A stretch of DNA of 63,915 bases, filler included, from Stramenopiles sp. TOSAG23-6 (lineage: Eukaryota): assembly GCA_900128565.1 (NCBI GenBank). It is 4 parts of 4 records of this genome, joined end to end, with 100 filler letters (N's around TTAATTAATTAA, not from the genome) between each part and the next. Parts side by side here need not be neighbours in the genome. Positions count along the whole stretch, not along the records: positions 1 to 16,283 come from LT636095.1; positions 16,384 to 32,554 come from LT636096.1; 2 more parts are not named here. One strand, 5' to 3'. Position numbers and translations under genes: made by a program. This document shows positions 11,601 to 19,981 of the stretch, in pieces; position 1 is the stretch's first letter, and each line of letters begins with the position of its first letter. The notes under the pieces were generated by a model, which made no database searches, was not told the DNA's origin, and was given only the letters and a program-made list of their open reading frames with translations.

Positions 11601-14600
11601 TCAAAATTTGTAGTGCCTTTGGTAGAGTTTTAATAAATCGAATAAGAGCTTCTGACAACGTATCATCGAATGAAAGTACAGGGGATTGTGTTTCTTGAAT
11701 CAAATCGTTCAGAGAAAATTCTTCAACGATCGCAAGGCAACTGCAATCGCATTCTATCACAGTCTCTGGTGCACCATCGGAAACACCAGGTGTAGACAAT
11801 TCAACATCAAGTACAATCTGACATCGTTCACCCCCTTCATAGATAGCAATTACAGATCCTATGCGGCCTTGAAGCCCTAACAGTAACTGTGAAGAATTAA
11901 CATCCAAATATGTGTTATTGCTAGCGCCTAGTATAACACGCCCACCTAATCGAAGTGGCTCCTGCAAAGCACCGCCTGCAACCAAAACAGCTCCAAGAGC
12001 AAGTGGTAAGTTTTGTTTCAATGATAATTCTATTATATTTTTGTTATTTATCCATTCTTCTAATTTATTAGCTATTGTACCTACTTTAAGCCATGCTAAA
12101 TTGACCCTTCTCCGAGTCGAAGTTTTCCACAATTTATCAAAGCGACCGTTTGCAATATTTGAATCGTTCTTTGAGTTTTTGAGTAAAAATGATCGTAACA
12201 AGGCAATAGATTCCGAAATGAGTACAAGTGAAATATGACCAGCAGGCAATACTCGATGTTTTTTTGTATGCATTCGTTGCCTATTCCGATTTGCACATTC
12301 TCCCAACATTGGACAAACAGAAACTGGGATTCCCGATAGAGCTAAGGCCATGGCAATTTGATAGCACACACCGTGTGTTCCAATATGTAAAGTGTAGTCC
12401 AGCCCATTTATTTTTGGCTCTTTTAAATTTGAGTTTTTCTGAAAAGATACCTTTCGTGTTTGACAATTTTCTGAAAATTTGCTGATTATAATTCTCATCT
12501 CATTTTGGTTTGATAGTCGGCGACGTAATGCGTGAGAAACAACTCTGATAAACTCTTTATCGTTACATTCTGGCGGACAATGTACGATAACTGCAAATGA
12601 GTTCATAAGGTTCATTTCAAATTCATTGGTATCACTGTCATCGGCATTTTCATCATAAGCATTATTCTGTTCATGTGCTTTTCCATCACTATTTTTTTTC
12701 ACTGAGATTACAGGGCAAAGTGTACGCCCTTGAGCTAAAGCAAGCCGTCCAATTTTTGTAATGATTTCATCAATGAAACAAGAAATGCCACTGGTCTCAT
12801 TAGAGTTATTGTTATTTATGAATAAAGCATCTGCAATATCAGAGTCATCAAAATGGGGAAGAATGAGTCTTAACAAACGCATTACAAGACGTTGTGTATG
12901 TATAGATGCAATAGGAGTTCCATCGGTCCGCAATATTATATTCCCGTTACATTGCATCGAGCATTCACTTCGAAGAAGGGACATTAATGCACGCAAACCT
13001 GGTCCAATCATTCCCTTTCCTTTAATGTATACGTCCCATGAACCGGACCATCTCTGAGTGTATAATAAACTTAGAATTGCAAAGCATTCTGAGTCATCAG
13101 GTAATTTCCTCTCTATTTGAACTACAGGACTATATGCTTGCGTAGTTGTATCTTGTTTTGAGTCGATATTTCGCTCTTCTTTTGTTTCAAATTCATGTAC
13201 ACATTCTTTTGTCTCTTCCTTTGTTTCCGGAAGACATTTGGAACCAACTTCATTATTATCTTGAATTTCGGTGTCATTTACATGTATGTGATTGTTTAGA
13301 CAAAACTCAACTTCTTTTTCAAGATTTAATGCTTCAGTAGATAATTGATCTACGAGAATATCATATATGCTTATTTGAAGAGCTTGGACAGATTCTGCAA
13401 CACAAGGTAATTCTCTACACTGCGATGGTATGAATTGTAAACAGCGTGTCGCTAGTGACTTAAATGCATCACGAACAGCTCCACCAAGAATCGTTTCACG
13501 TTTGTGGCTTCTAATTAAATCTCGCAGCGCTTGAAACAACTTAGTGCGAAGGAGCATCGCAGCATCTCTTGGGTGAAACTGTAGAGATGCTGTTGAAAGT
13601 GCGGCAATCAACATTGATCTAGTGTCTTGCTCACATAATATATTATTGATACTACCATTTGTCGCTCGTTTCAGATGTGTTACAATTCCTATAAGTATAG
13701 ATTCCCAATGCCGACGCATGCCTTGTTGTAAAAGATCACCACAACCATTCATACCTTGCAGAAAGTGACGCATCCCAATGGAAGAGCTAAAATATTTTAT
13801 ACTCTCTCCACTTGGAGCATTAGATATTGACGACAATATACGAAATCCGGAACCCATTTCTTGAAATAACATCCGCAGAGATTCAGGTGCCGAAATAAAA
13901 TGCACCAATTGAGCGGCATGCTGTAAGCCACGAAGGCGATCAAGAGCAGCTGATTGTTTCTTCAATAATACATGCATTATGGAATTGACTTTGAAAGCTC
14001 GAGGTGGCGATGTCAAAAAATCATACACCGAATTTAAAGCTAAATCCAATTGTTTTGAAGAACCTCTGTTTGTAATATCCTCTTCCCATTCAGATGAAGT
14101 ACTTGAAGCACCCCATCGTTTTACATAACGAGAAAATGCTGTCCTCATAGTCATTCGAATGTAGGCCTCTTCTGTACTGCGATGTACCGCTAACTCGCCC
14201 ACACCCGCAACCCCCATGCTTCCACGAGTCGGGCTACGCCAAATAGGTGCCCGAACACCGTCTCTTTGAACTTTTTTTTGTGCAATTCCATGCAGTGCCA
14301 TTCCTCGCATGTGATGAGATGGCGATACAAGCGAACACGATGTTGATCTTCTCATCGGAACCACAACTTCATATGGTTCAAGTCGATGTTCGTACGCCTT
14401 ATTGATTTCAATAGAAAAACCTTGTGTGTCAGAATAATTCGATACGCTTCCTCCTGTATGCACGCTTAAGTTTCTGTATTTAATATTACCAGTCTTTTGA
14501 GCATTACTTATTTTTTTTTTAAGAGGTTTCTTTTTAAGTTCTACTGAAGTTTCATACCTTTTAGTATTTCCCCATGTATTGTTACTACTGAAATCGCCAA

Positions 14601-16281
14601 ATGAAGTTGACCGTAGCAAAGGAACTTTTGAAATCGGAGATAGTTTATGGGTAAATGGTATCGATTCATCTAATATTGAGGTATCTATTGTCATGGAATT
14701 CGTCTTGATTTTCTTTAACAAACCAAACCGAGAAGGGGTCATAGAAGATCTCATCATTCGAGTTGCTCGGGGTGATAAAGTAAAATCTCTCACACCACCT
14801 GCATTTGCAACTTCTGCGTGGTGTTTCAGCTCTGATGAATTGAGGCGAATACTATTATCTTCAAATTGGGCAGGATTTGTGCATGGGCGGATTTGTAAAA
14901 GAAAATTAGATCGACTGATAATAATATCTGCAATATGATCAAATGCCGACACACCGATACTTCTGGAGAACAAATCATCTGTTGTAGAATTCTTATTTTC
15001 TCTAGATATTACAGCGCGACGAACTTCCGCTCGTAACCAACTTATGGTTTTCTCGAGATCAGTGATATCACTTCCTCGCTTCGATAAAAGACCTGCTACT
15101 TCACAAAGGCTATTAAGTTTACCAGTTGTTGACTGTACACGCGAAAGTTCATCTTCCAAGGCTTCTGGTCCTTCATCTTCTGCAGTATCTATTAATTGTA
15201 TCCACTGCTTTAAAGCTTGTCCACGCTGTAATACCCATCGACCTACGCGAACTCCTCGTACAAATGATGGTTTGAGTTTTTTCCATAAACGAGACTGCCA
15301 ATCCTCTAACTCTTTCCGGGGTGATTTCTCGCCTAACAGCACGGTTATTCTAGCAAGAACCATTGCGTCAGAAACATATTCTTGGTGATGTAGTAATACA
15401 CAAAGAGTTGCTCGCTCAGCTTTCCCGAAAGCAGCCGCCATCGGATGACCGTCTGGTAATCTTGGCCGACTTGGGATTTGTTTTTGCGCCCATCTTAGTA
15501 GAGCTACTGCTAAACCACCTACTTCTACTTTTTCCATTCCAAAACCAACTTTACTTTCGTCATTGTTGTTACCTCTCGCCAATTCCATGAGAAAAGCTTT
15601 CTCGGTCATTGTTTGAGCAGTTTGGTCACAACAAAAAAGACCTCTCGACATTAACGGGGCAGATATCCACTTACATTCAGGTTTTTGCAAATAATAATTT
15701 GAAGTCATAAGATTGGGTTCAAAACCTACACCAATAATTGAGTTTTTAACACCCATGGCTGCAATACGAGATAAAACACTTTGCATGCGATATAACCATA
15801 ACCATTCATGTTGCATTGCATTAACAGTTGTATGACATTCTTCTTCGCAATCAGTAGAAACAAACCCTGAAACGCTATCACCACAAAGAGAGTCTAGATG
15901 TCGAAGCGTCGATGAAATATTGTCTAATATTTTAACTGAGATATAATAACGAAATCGCTCGCTAAATATGGCCCAACGTTTCTGTTGACTATTGACAACA
16001 GTAGAGCTTCTTTTACTATTGAGTTTTGCATTTATTTCTGACTCTGAAATTTCCTTTCTCAATGATGGCGTAGGCAATAGAATCAAAAGTGCCGATGGCA
16101 TACAAACACATGCAACTGATGATTCTAGTTTTGAACGTGTTAGAGAAATCAAACAAACACGCAAATTATTATCTTCTGTACAATGATTTGCTTCAACAAG
16201 AGGTAACAAAGATGAAAATAATATCCTTGAAGCAGCAAGAATCTTTCTATAGTATTTTTCTATACCTGGATTAGAAAGCAA
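2671..16281 (-). CDS. Giant HECT E3 ubiquitin ligase (HECTD4-like) with SPRY, Tudor/chromo-like, CUE/UBA-like and PA domains; 5'-truncated at contig end
   Basis: Uninterrupted ORF of more than 4500 aa. C-terminal HECT motifs: FKNERVVGEGGPYRE, FLGQLMGVAIRT, FWKVL..F..EERQRFIRFAWG, PRADTCFFNVELPRY (catalytic Cys). SPRY motifs: FYFEATI, DVIGCG, FFTVNG..LG.AF, FPAIAV. Confidence 0.92.
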   Translation of the reverse strand: MLSNPGIEKYYRKILAASRILFSSLLPLVEANHCTEDNNLRVCLISLTRSKLESSVACVCMPSALLILLPTPSLRKEISESEINAKLNSKRSSTVVNSQQKRWAIFSERFRYYISVKILDNISSTLRHLDSLCGDSVSGFVSTDCEEECHTTVNAMQHEWLWLYRMQSVLSRIAAMGVKNSIIGVGFEPNLMTSNYYLQKPECKWISAPLMSRGLFCCDQTAQTMTEKAFLMELARGNNNDESKVGFGMEKVEVGGLAVALLRWAQKQIPSRPRLPDGHPMAAAFGKAERATLCVLLHHQEYVSDAMVLARITVLLGEKSPRKELEDWQSRLWKKLKPSFVRGVRVGRWVLQRGQALKQWIQLIDTAEDEGPEALEDELSRVQSTTGKLNSLCEVAGLLSKRGSDITDLEKTISWLRAEVRRAVISRENKNSTTDDLFSRSIGVSAFDHIADIIISRSNFLLQIRPCTNPAQFEDNSIRLNSSELKHHAEVANAGGVRDFTLSPRATRMMRSSMTPSRFGLLKKIKTNSMTIDTSILDESIPFTHKLSPISKVPLLRSTSFGDFSSNNTWGNTKRYETSVELKKKPLKKKISNAQKTGNIKYRNLSVHTGGSVSNYSDTQGFSIEINKAYEHRLEPYEVVVPMRRSTSCSLVSPSHHMRGMALHGIAQKKVQRDGVRAPIWRSPTRGSMGVAGVGELAVHRSTEEAYIRMTMRTAFSRYVKRWGASSTSSEWEEDITNRGSSKQLDLALNSVYDFLTSPPRAFKVNSIMHVLLKKQSAALDRLRGLQHAAQLVHFISAPESLRMLFQEMGSGFRILSSISNAPSGESIKYFSSSIGMRHFLQGMNGCGDLLQQGMRRHWESILIGIVTHLKRATNGSINNILCEQDTRSMLIAALSTASLQFHPRDAAMLLRTKLFQALRDLIRSHKRETILGGAVRDAFKSLATRCLQFIPSQCRELPCVAESVQALQISIYDILVDQLSTEALNLEKEVEFCLNNHIHVNDTEIQDNNEVGSKCLPETKEETKECVHEFETKEERNIDSKQDTTTQAYSPVVQIERKLPDDSECFAILSLLYTQRWSGSWDVYIKGKGMIGPGLRALMSLLRSECSMQCNGNIILRTDGTPIASIHTQRLVMRLLRLILPHFDDSDIADALFINNNNSNETSGISCFIDEIITKIGRLALAQGRTLCPVISVKKNSDGKAHEQNNAYDENADDSDTNEFEMNLMNSFAVIVHCPPECNDKEFIRVVSHALRRRLSNQNEMRIIISKFSENCQTRKVSFQKNSNLKEPKINGLDYTLHIGTHGVCYQIAMALALSGIPVSVCPMLGECANRNRQRMHTKKHRVLPAGHISLVLISESIALLRSFLLKNSKNDSNIANGRFDKLWKTSTRRRVNLAWLKVGTIANKLEEWINNKNIIELSLKQNLPLALGAVLVAGGALQEPLRLGGRVILGASNNTYLDVNSSQLLLGLQGRIGSVIAIYEGGERCQIVLDVELSTPGVSDGAPETVIECDCSCLAIVEEFSLNDLIQETQSPVLSFDDTLSEALIRFIKTLPKALQILNDFADDNISTNVTKTENAFSLRMLRRCAVKSAHTLLRLMKSYNNSFNSNNDVDDTLKRDCVQHNLSFSTSLQNTLLSAALSALPTGLAGKSTHQQLEYAASLAINSVIQGREELSIASNDTNVLRKHFGVISAKDRDQNLIGSDKKKTPLLTFQHRMPRDTPLPCRFNPTSAWHCMFLDDSRQSARFLGFSHPEEDPRRSEASKLPGSPRQFGMRSQQDIVLITDNEIPTAAPLFYFEATIESLENNNRDSPDVWVGLHRGGLQACASVGGPQKPRGSIPGRYRWGMGCEWTRGSLCFYSKTGSKVSSMPYSGVTRFRVGEPLDIKDTTGAVTWRPALVSQNIGDKVKVHYMGWENRWDEWIEKASDRILPYRSKTYGTRPRYFMKHEPYGIPCIQSRDVIGCGWNRQSGEVFFTVNGRHLGNAFHNVSSQMIMFPAIAVRNKHVIVRINCGTEPFLYQHNTHLIELNNIPKSSPSPLEYSVDSESWERYDNDRDDADRYGCKGDELMLTQNEERRLNSDIQDSCEDIEKGNTHKQNTNTVSWGDVTNVTIGKNLDNTKVGDVNVHSVQPCACHQRRNSARELKEFFPGVSTNHLMHVLYAHEDDKDRAANWMLMYADDLTAVANSSTEDQIDDCRGNSHVGFMIKQMRLSTPVHSPSSSTNTGTKENSSEMKVLNNTGGSRFDDTTEYVRPENELEISQPLITNNHEQEVNLAGEETAPSAENVPRGYEYHRMNEVVETGEMEEDVTYFKHCGAIFGGELPNYPGLRLPLVRAFPADASTPLIDPQECMRGRCVVVDRGTCGFAIKAMHAQQAGACAMLVISNEEDLSGKMGLPDDIDPYASPDTESRDIEIASLDVSQFDSLTIRSVMISKTDGEKVLRAINDPSSQPYITMHVGMCASEEDTVDAELPEEEHILVTQLVDEFPDDETGDDTELELSGALGYNIRAIARARARRNLRAHNRNRDLSLESRDVNSETIEEMDYPIGRYPLQISPGIDISFSGRRERHAHFVLGDVLHQTINETSPGQPPSSPFLMRNAAIDEGNIRKRQSSRVLSPISFQNRSNSNSPLGMLTNETSLNRTILQSTKYGKHITQIKRGENSADYKVPSSCKLFLKSSSGCHQPGRTSSKRFNDEVPYEAESSAISTWLTGIENAMRQRGIDAEKRSQILTLLRSGGENEFAMARTMLQDVRIVLSKPPDQKEHTSNSSGNSTNSHGDCPIHDIGLITTGMRVRIIPTIQQVYQWRSSREKREEDLHGIENTPQKQLRHDMELIGRSYTDNRTIEKDSEYCTQPTSWASAFTESWLPEMDCTAGCVGRVSEIDGDAKLVRVTIYIASLGILYSWWYPIVLLSVISNQPELRTATLMKNIKIQAPHVPRTKSVETTKSAMLMDLMGTSGETEDALFNVYARKLVLQLALWNQHDPISVADALLPKCDKVPEDHEEIFEYISDQDNTSNYYTAPISLFAAEYFGCIGLDHTESFSSIDSIRDIRCLTTANAALCDPVTYGREDGWAALRANSNSRSLCVGRDHATDLYYAKERISALAALRRALPLILSRCPNLPSVLLKESEMIFDKNTVVTDCDSIVTLGLGTEICVKSTAGDVTCDVKSNDSTYKPNAKPGKHLRQRVTAMVVTCIRTDGETSENASNKRGQRKRKVSDFQSPWERMSRGTAMRHLEHRNRGNNHGYTFGIYEGNDFSGCPIRTLEVNGMAAMGTRKDYDNDATYANCGPCILPGNRLWLRILRPEKPVRVYSPFNYMRSRRDKQDVSKSTAFCIGGLVVTPLCSSYGLGVWMMRAFGKGIYTPEYTDIFDTLGGIHNLALLRGIESLLSIVSNPMTPPLIKQNASVPLCQLMRLCPQQVAGLISKQSLKHLALIHTEVAYLQKSESEDVRQGESHSLLLQHLIEVSIALHSNVSNPYGFGIKFNQVLWNNFKEILHNVCPPVLPQSESAKNLNQMKKDAKLQEKAWEMESNHELALQDHESKLVEGLRPILETPGMTTELLFALRMQMRGNLRRRNLELSAKERADLESFCAMEDNSSPISSNDRNIRDEEVPEEKYGLPSDNGNDLSSSAQGFPMPLDMIIDTDGVVGGSSHGDPPETSNIDVDSISISEEGKSEDSEKEINIAPIWIQKLTEVDEVLRCRVGGSPLPCQFLKSAWHGHDSKVLALAKAYIDDTTHQAWRQSEKQPGVSNKKQRKHCTNALAILPVRGSGVPVVPVVPELHTKEDAIYPPKQDKCVTPPPLLKINTVIKIDSKEGDENNQIPIENLSTTGVSAGLHVQSSLQQPKNPRESRVSLTSDFTQDEAFVAAIELMQKWSFQADEELVLWLNDISEESSLESNEPATTLSADRFYKGAQGWHLYKTLHRFSSNELQLRVLVLQRLNLLLKDTLQLIRPYAPPYALGLTSCAMRQQRSSSIRLRGLRRSYHREQLPWGTHDAISKIEDASLSCIIFISRGLIFTNVKSVLVEQVLSSTAAATAVTRPKVAVNRFAASMTTGGMTNVTQDNTNGQSCFKNTVFGQAFGQLSAPGRIRGVSKGAWQLRQHNVAPHLSFEVRFKNERVVGEGGPYREFFADIARELQLEGNSNKETERTYSDTLGNILFDHKNDRLLPLLIPCANQQVGWGDNRDQFMIRSVKTITTFNNPESQRSSENLFEKNIVKEDADNGTLHTKSMSGMRNHLHTLPLFRFLGQLMGVAIRTRVHLPLALTSLFWKPLVGEQPLRSDLAAADQTLTRGVLEAIESCHSESDFIALFGNSDKTSSNGKSPSSCLTYSIRLSDESILDLIPDGRNKIVSYADCRDFARLAEAAKLAEARAQIDAIRLGIADVLPPAILSFLTWRELERRVCGKATVDIALLQRHTVYGSGVDPRAAHVHFFWKVLRGFSTEERQRFIRFAWGQSRLPATDADFRLGKVRMLLKNGRQKQTRDIDHSFPRADTCFFNVELPRYSTLEVMKRQLTTVIQMDWGLDGDDVELS

Positions 16282-16283
16282 AT

Positions 16284-16383
16284 NNNNNNNNNNNNNNNNN
16301 NNNNNNNNNNNNNNNNNNNNNNNNNNNTTAATTAATTAANNNNNNNNNNNNNNNNNNNNNNNNNNNNNNNNNNNNNNNNNNNN
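16284..16383. other. Artificial contig linker N44-TTAATTAATTAA-N44
   Basis: An identical 100-nt spacer with stops in all frames recurs at 32555 and 48747. Confidence 0.97.
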
Positions 16384-16433
16384 ACAAAATTTCGTACGAA
16401 AAAAAATAGAATTTGAAAAAAAATAAAACATAC
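16384..16433 (-). mobile_element. Introner-like intron, 5' part (contig-truncated), in RMC1
   Basis: Minus strand reads AT|GTATGTTTTATTTTTTTTCAAATT...TTCGTACGAAATTTTGT, then the gap. Confidence 0.85.
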
Positions 16434-17069
16434 ATTTACAGGTGTGAATGAATTTAATAAATAAGGCCGCATCACTCGTCCTTGATGACCAGTTGATAAG
16501 ATAATAACACCCTCGCAAATATTACCATTTTCTAAAGGACAGAACCAAAAGAAGTGGACATCTGGGTGTTTTATAGTTTTTACATACTTACATGTGGTGC
16601 CTCTGTTTGTCGACGTCAATCGATATATTTCTAATCCACGCTGGGTTGCGAGGAATAAAGCATCAGTACTATTTGCATATTTACACCAAGATACACAGTT
16701 ACGCAGAAAACGGTGATCTTTACTACGACAAGTTAGCTCAAGTTCTGTACGGCTAAAAATATCAATAATCTCAACAATAGTACTGCTACGTTGTACTGCA
16801 ATGAATCGCTTATTATACGAAAAATTCACGGAAACCACCGGACCAGGACTTACAAAATTAAGTGGAGATGATAGGCTTGGAGTAGATCGTAACAAAGCTT
16901 GAGATAATGGTATTGTAAAATATACACCACTGCGTATCAGTACAAGTAGCTGTCGTGCTTCATCGAAAAGAACTTGAGAATAAGAGGCAAAGTCAAAAGC
17001 AAAATTCGGCCATGCAACAATATTCGCACTCGAGCAAGCATCTGTCATATCAGGTAGATTAGAAACCAT
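16434..17069 (-). CDS. RMC1: Regulator of MON1-CCZ1 (Mic1/C18orf8), first exon; 3'-truncated
   Basis: VLFDEARQLLVLIRSG, VNFSYNKRFIAVQRSSTIVEI, LFLATQRGLEIY and VIILSTG match the RMC1 N-terminal beta-propeller as recalled. The exon ends at a family intron. Confidence 0.75.
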
Positions 17070-17226
17070 CGATAAAAAAACATATATACATCAAAGAATA
17101 TAAGAGGTTTGCATTTAAGTATCAAGATTCAAGAAGTTCAAAATGACTAAAAGTTATAAATATCTCTTCAGGGTCGAGAGAGACGAATACGAAGAGAGCG
17201 ACCAAAAAAAAATGAAATGAACGCGC

Positions 17227-17236
17227 GCAGGTTTGT
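17227..17236 (-). promoter_or_regulatory. Candidate promoter motif ACAAACCTGC
   Basis: Lies 158 nt upstream of the RMC1 ATG on the same strand. The same 10-mer occurs at 43623, 47029 and 50084. Confidence 0.5.
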
Positions 17237-17366
17237 GTTTTTGGTGTCGTGTCAATCAAACTTTTTGATTTAGACCTTGACAGTTTCATGATTCACACAT
17301 ATTATTTGAAAGATTTTTGTATCTAGCTAGAGTGTTTTTGTTGTAAACAAACAAAACTCTAGAGCA

Positions 17367-19814
17367 ATGTTATATACAACAGAGCGATTAAAATCATCTC
17401 CGGATTATGGTGAACCTGGACCAGGTTCCTATGAAATATTTTCATCATTTCAAAGGGCAGCACAGGCGAGTTCTAGAAAAAAAATTCGTCTGCGTGGGGA
17501 CTGTAGTATGCATGATTCGACTTTTGGTCGAACCACTAGAAATTCTGCAAACTGTATTCTTTCTCGTCGTCCTATATGTAAAGCTGTCCACACAGATTCA
17601 AATAATATCATAGCAAATTACTCAACGAACAAACAATTAGACTTGAATGAATCTCTTGCCCTTTCTCCGAAATCGAATAAAGAGCTACAAAAGATAGAAA
17701 AACCGTACGTGCCAAAAATGGATTTCTCAAAATCTCTTTCTCCGTATGGAACAGCAAAGCAATCCATAGATTACGACATACCAAAACTAAGTGAACTCAG
17801 AGGTTTAGGTCTCAATATCAGCCAGGAAGATATAGATTGTGACCTTCCACCGACACCAACAGATTGGAATCCTCAAAAAGCAGCAGCGGAAGTATTAAAT
17901 TACTTTCACGAAAAAGGAATAGTCATGGACAGACAACTTGATAGAACATCGAACACTACCCCTAATAGAACATCGACATACAATAATTTTTCAAAAGAGG
18001 ATATAAATAGTAGTCCCAAAAGTCTAAATCAAAAGCAAGAAAAAAATAAAACTCAAGAAATATCGAATTATTCAAATCCAACAAATTTATCCAGGTGTAT
18101 TCTTCAAAAATGTCGTCCTACCAAACAACCTAATCCTTCTACGTACACCTTGGATAAGTCAGCTATATATACCGTAGAGGATTGGATCATACAGAAACAA
18201 GATAATTTGGAAAATAGTCGTGCACATAGTAAAATGAATTTTAAGAATTCGCGTTTTCCAGATGTTCGTAGTTCAACCTCAATCATCATTGGACCAGGCA
18301 CGTATGATGATTTACTTGGTATAAAACACTGTAAAGATAAAAAACATTTTTCTGTAAAAAAACAATCTTTTGGTGAAAGTAAACGGAAACATGCCGTGGA
18401 TAGAGATTCGACTGTTTTATACCCAGGCCCTGGTCATTACGCAGATGCTAAATATGGTCAAATTGGACACTCCCCTTCATATCGGTTTGCACATACTATA
18501 TCAAAAATAGAAAAGGAACATTTGAACTCCACACCAGGATTTAAATTGCCAAAAAGTAGACCTGTAACTGCTCATTGTCCACAGCGATCAACTAAATTTG
18601 CCCCATTATTAGGATCAGCCACAAGCCCAGGTCCGGGTCAATATCGAATTCCATCTACCTTTGAGACAAGAACATTTACACCAAAGATAGAATCATCTGG
18701 TCGATTCAAAAGTACATGGGGTTGTGCGAAAAGACCAAATCTTCTTGAGGCTATGGCTGCTGCTGGAGATAAGACTATAGGTACATTGTACTCTCCAGGG
18801 CCTGCGGCATACTCTACAAAATCTTCAATATCAATGAAAAAGTCTTTTAACATGGCACAACAGAATCATTTGAGACCTTTTCAAATGAGAAAAATTGAAA
18901 AGGATAAACAGCGGAGGAGACAAAGGTGTTCTCAAAACTCAAAACAATTTGATAAAAATACTCAATCTCCAAGAGCTCAAATGACAATAGCTGGTATAAA
19001 AAAAGAAGATTTAGTGAATGCTTCTAAAGAGGCCGGACATGAAAACGATAAATTTAGTTTTGAAGCATTTTCGATATTATTTGATAAAACACGAAAAAAA
19101 ACAGGCCGAGCGACGCGTCCATCTCTATCCATATTTCATAAAAGAAGTGTCAGTGTCGTAGAAAATTTGTCAAGTAATGCAGCAGCTGCAGCTGCAAGAC
19201 GAAAACAAAAGAGTAAGCAAAAGTCTAAGAAAAAGATTGATATTTTAGAAATGAAAGGAAATGAATATGACAAACTTGAATATGTCATAAAGGATCTTAT
19301 TAGAGGTAAGCGTGTGAAAATACTTAATACTCAGGTAAATGAAAAAGTAACAATAATTGATGATTTATGGAAATTATGTACAAGTCAAAATGAAAATAAT
19401 TGCAATGTATGGGATATTCATAAAGTTGTTTCAAATTATTGGCCTTTATTAAATGAAAAGTTAGCTTACAAACGTGCATTCAAATATCTTTCAAGTCACA
19501 AGAAAACAAAAGAAATAGATGAGCATGAAGAAATAATAACTCGAAATGATTTTTCATGCTTGATAAGAAATATTTTCTATTTTAGCAAACTTTGGTTCAA
19601 ATTTAGCAGAAATAGTATTGGTGATGATGAAGACAGAACAATTACTTTTTCAGAATTTTGTGCGTATCTTCATATTTTAAGAATCCATTTAGATGATGAT
19701 GAAGCAGAAGCTGCATTTGCTTTTGTCGATAGAAAATGTATCGGTAAGGGATTATTTAACCTTTTTGTTTTATGGGTCGCAGAGAGAAATATTCCGATAC
19801 CCGGTACTTCTTGA
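17367..19814 (+). CDS. SHIPPO/ODF3-type PGPGxY repeat protein with C-terminal EF-hand-like region (probably flagellar)
   Basis: Repeats PGPGSY, GPGTY, PGPGHY, PGPGQY and PGPAAY; DDEDRTITFSEF and FAFVDRKCIGKGLF are EF-hand-like. Confidence 0.75.
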   Translation: MLYTTERLKSSPDYGEPGPGSYEIFSSFQRAAQASSRKKIRLRGDCSMHDSTFGRTTRNSANCILSRRPICKAVHTDSNNIIANYSTNKQLDLNESLALSPKSNKELQKIEKPYVPKMDFSKSLSPYGTAKQSIDYDIPKLSELRGLGLNISQEDIDCDLPPTPTDWNPQKAAAEVLNYFHEKGIVMDRQLDRTSNTTPNRTSTYNNFSKEDINSSPKSLNQKQEKNKTQEISNYSNPTNLSRCILQKCRPTKQPNPSTYTLDKSAIYTVEDWIIQKQDNLENSRAHSKMNFKNSRFPDVRSSTSIIIGPGTYDDLLGIKHCKDKKHFSVKKQSFGESKRKHAVDRDSTVLYPGPGHYADAKYGQIGHSPSYRFAHTISKIEKEHLNSTPGFKLPKSRPVTAHCPQRSTKFAPLLGSATSPGPGQYRIPSTFETRTFTPKIESSGRFKSTWGCAKRPNLLEAMAAAGDKTIGTLYSPGPAAYSTKSSISMKKSFNMAQQNHLRPFQMRKIEKDKQRRRQRCSQNSKQFDKNTQSPRAQMTIAGIKKEDLVNASKEAGHENDKFSFEAFSILFDKTRKKTGRATRPSLSIFHKRSVSVVENLSSNAAAAAARRKQKSKQKSKKKIDILEMKGNEYDKLEYVIKDLIRGKRVKILNTQVNEKVTIIDDLWKLCTSQNENNCNVWDIHKVVSNYWPLLNEKLAYKRAFKYLSSHKKTKEIDEHEEIITRNDFSCLIRNIFYFSKLWFKFSRNSIGDDEDRTITFSEFCAYLHILRIHLDDDEAEAAFAFVDRKCIGKGLFNLFVLWVAERNIPIPGTS

Positions 19815-19981
19815 ATTTCAAGATTTTTTTCAAACGTTTATTTTACAGGAGCCAAAAAAAAGACAAACGTTTAACTTTTAAACTTTAGACAAAAAAGACA
19901 ATAAAATTTCATTCTCTAAAATCATCAATATTTGTATAGATCTTCCTTCTAATCTCACGAGATTGTGAATTTTAACTCATC

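Noticed and set aside
2717-16274. Many short plus-strand ORFs opposite the HECT gene (and similar ones opposite other long genes)
   Set aside because: Antisense shadows with no recognisable motifs.
16328-16339. TTAATTAATTAA palindrome recurring three times
   Set aside because: Always centred in 100-nt N spacers. It is an artificial all-frame-stop linker, and ORFs running into it are truncated artefacts.
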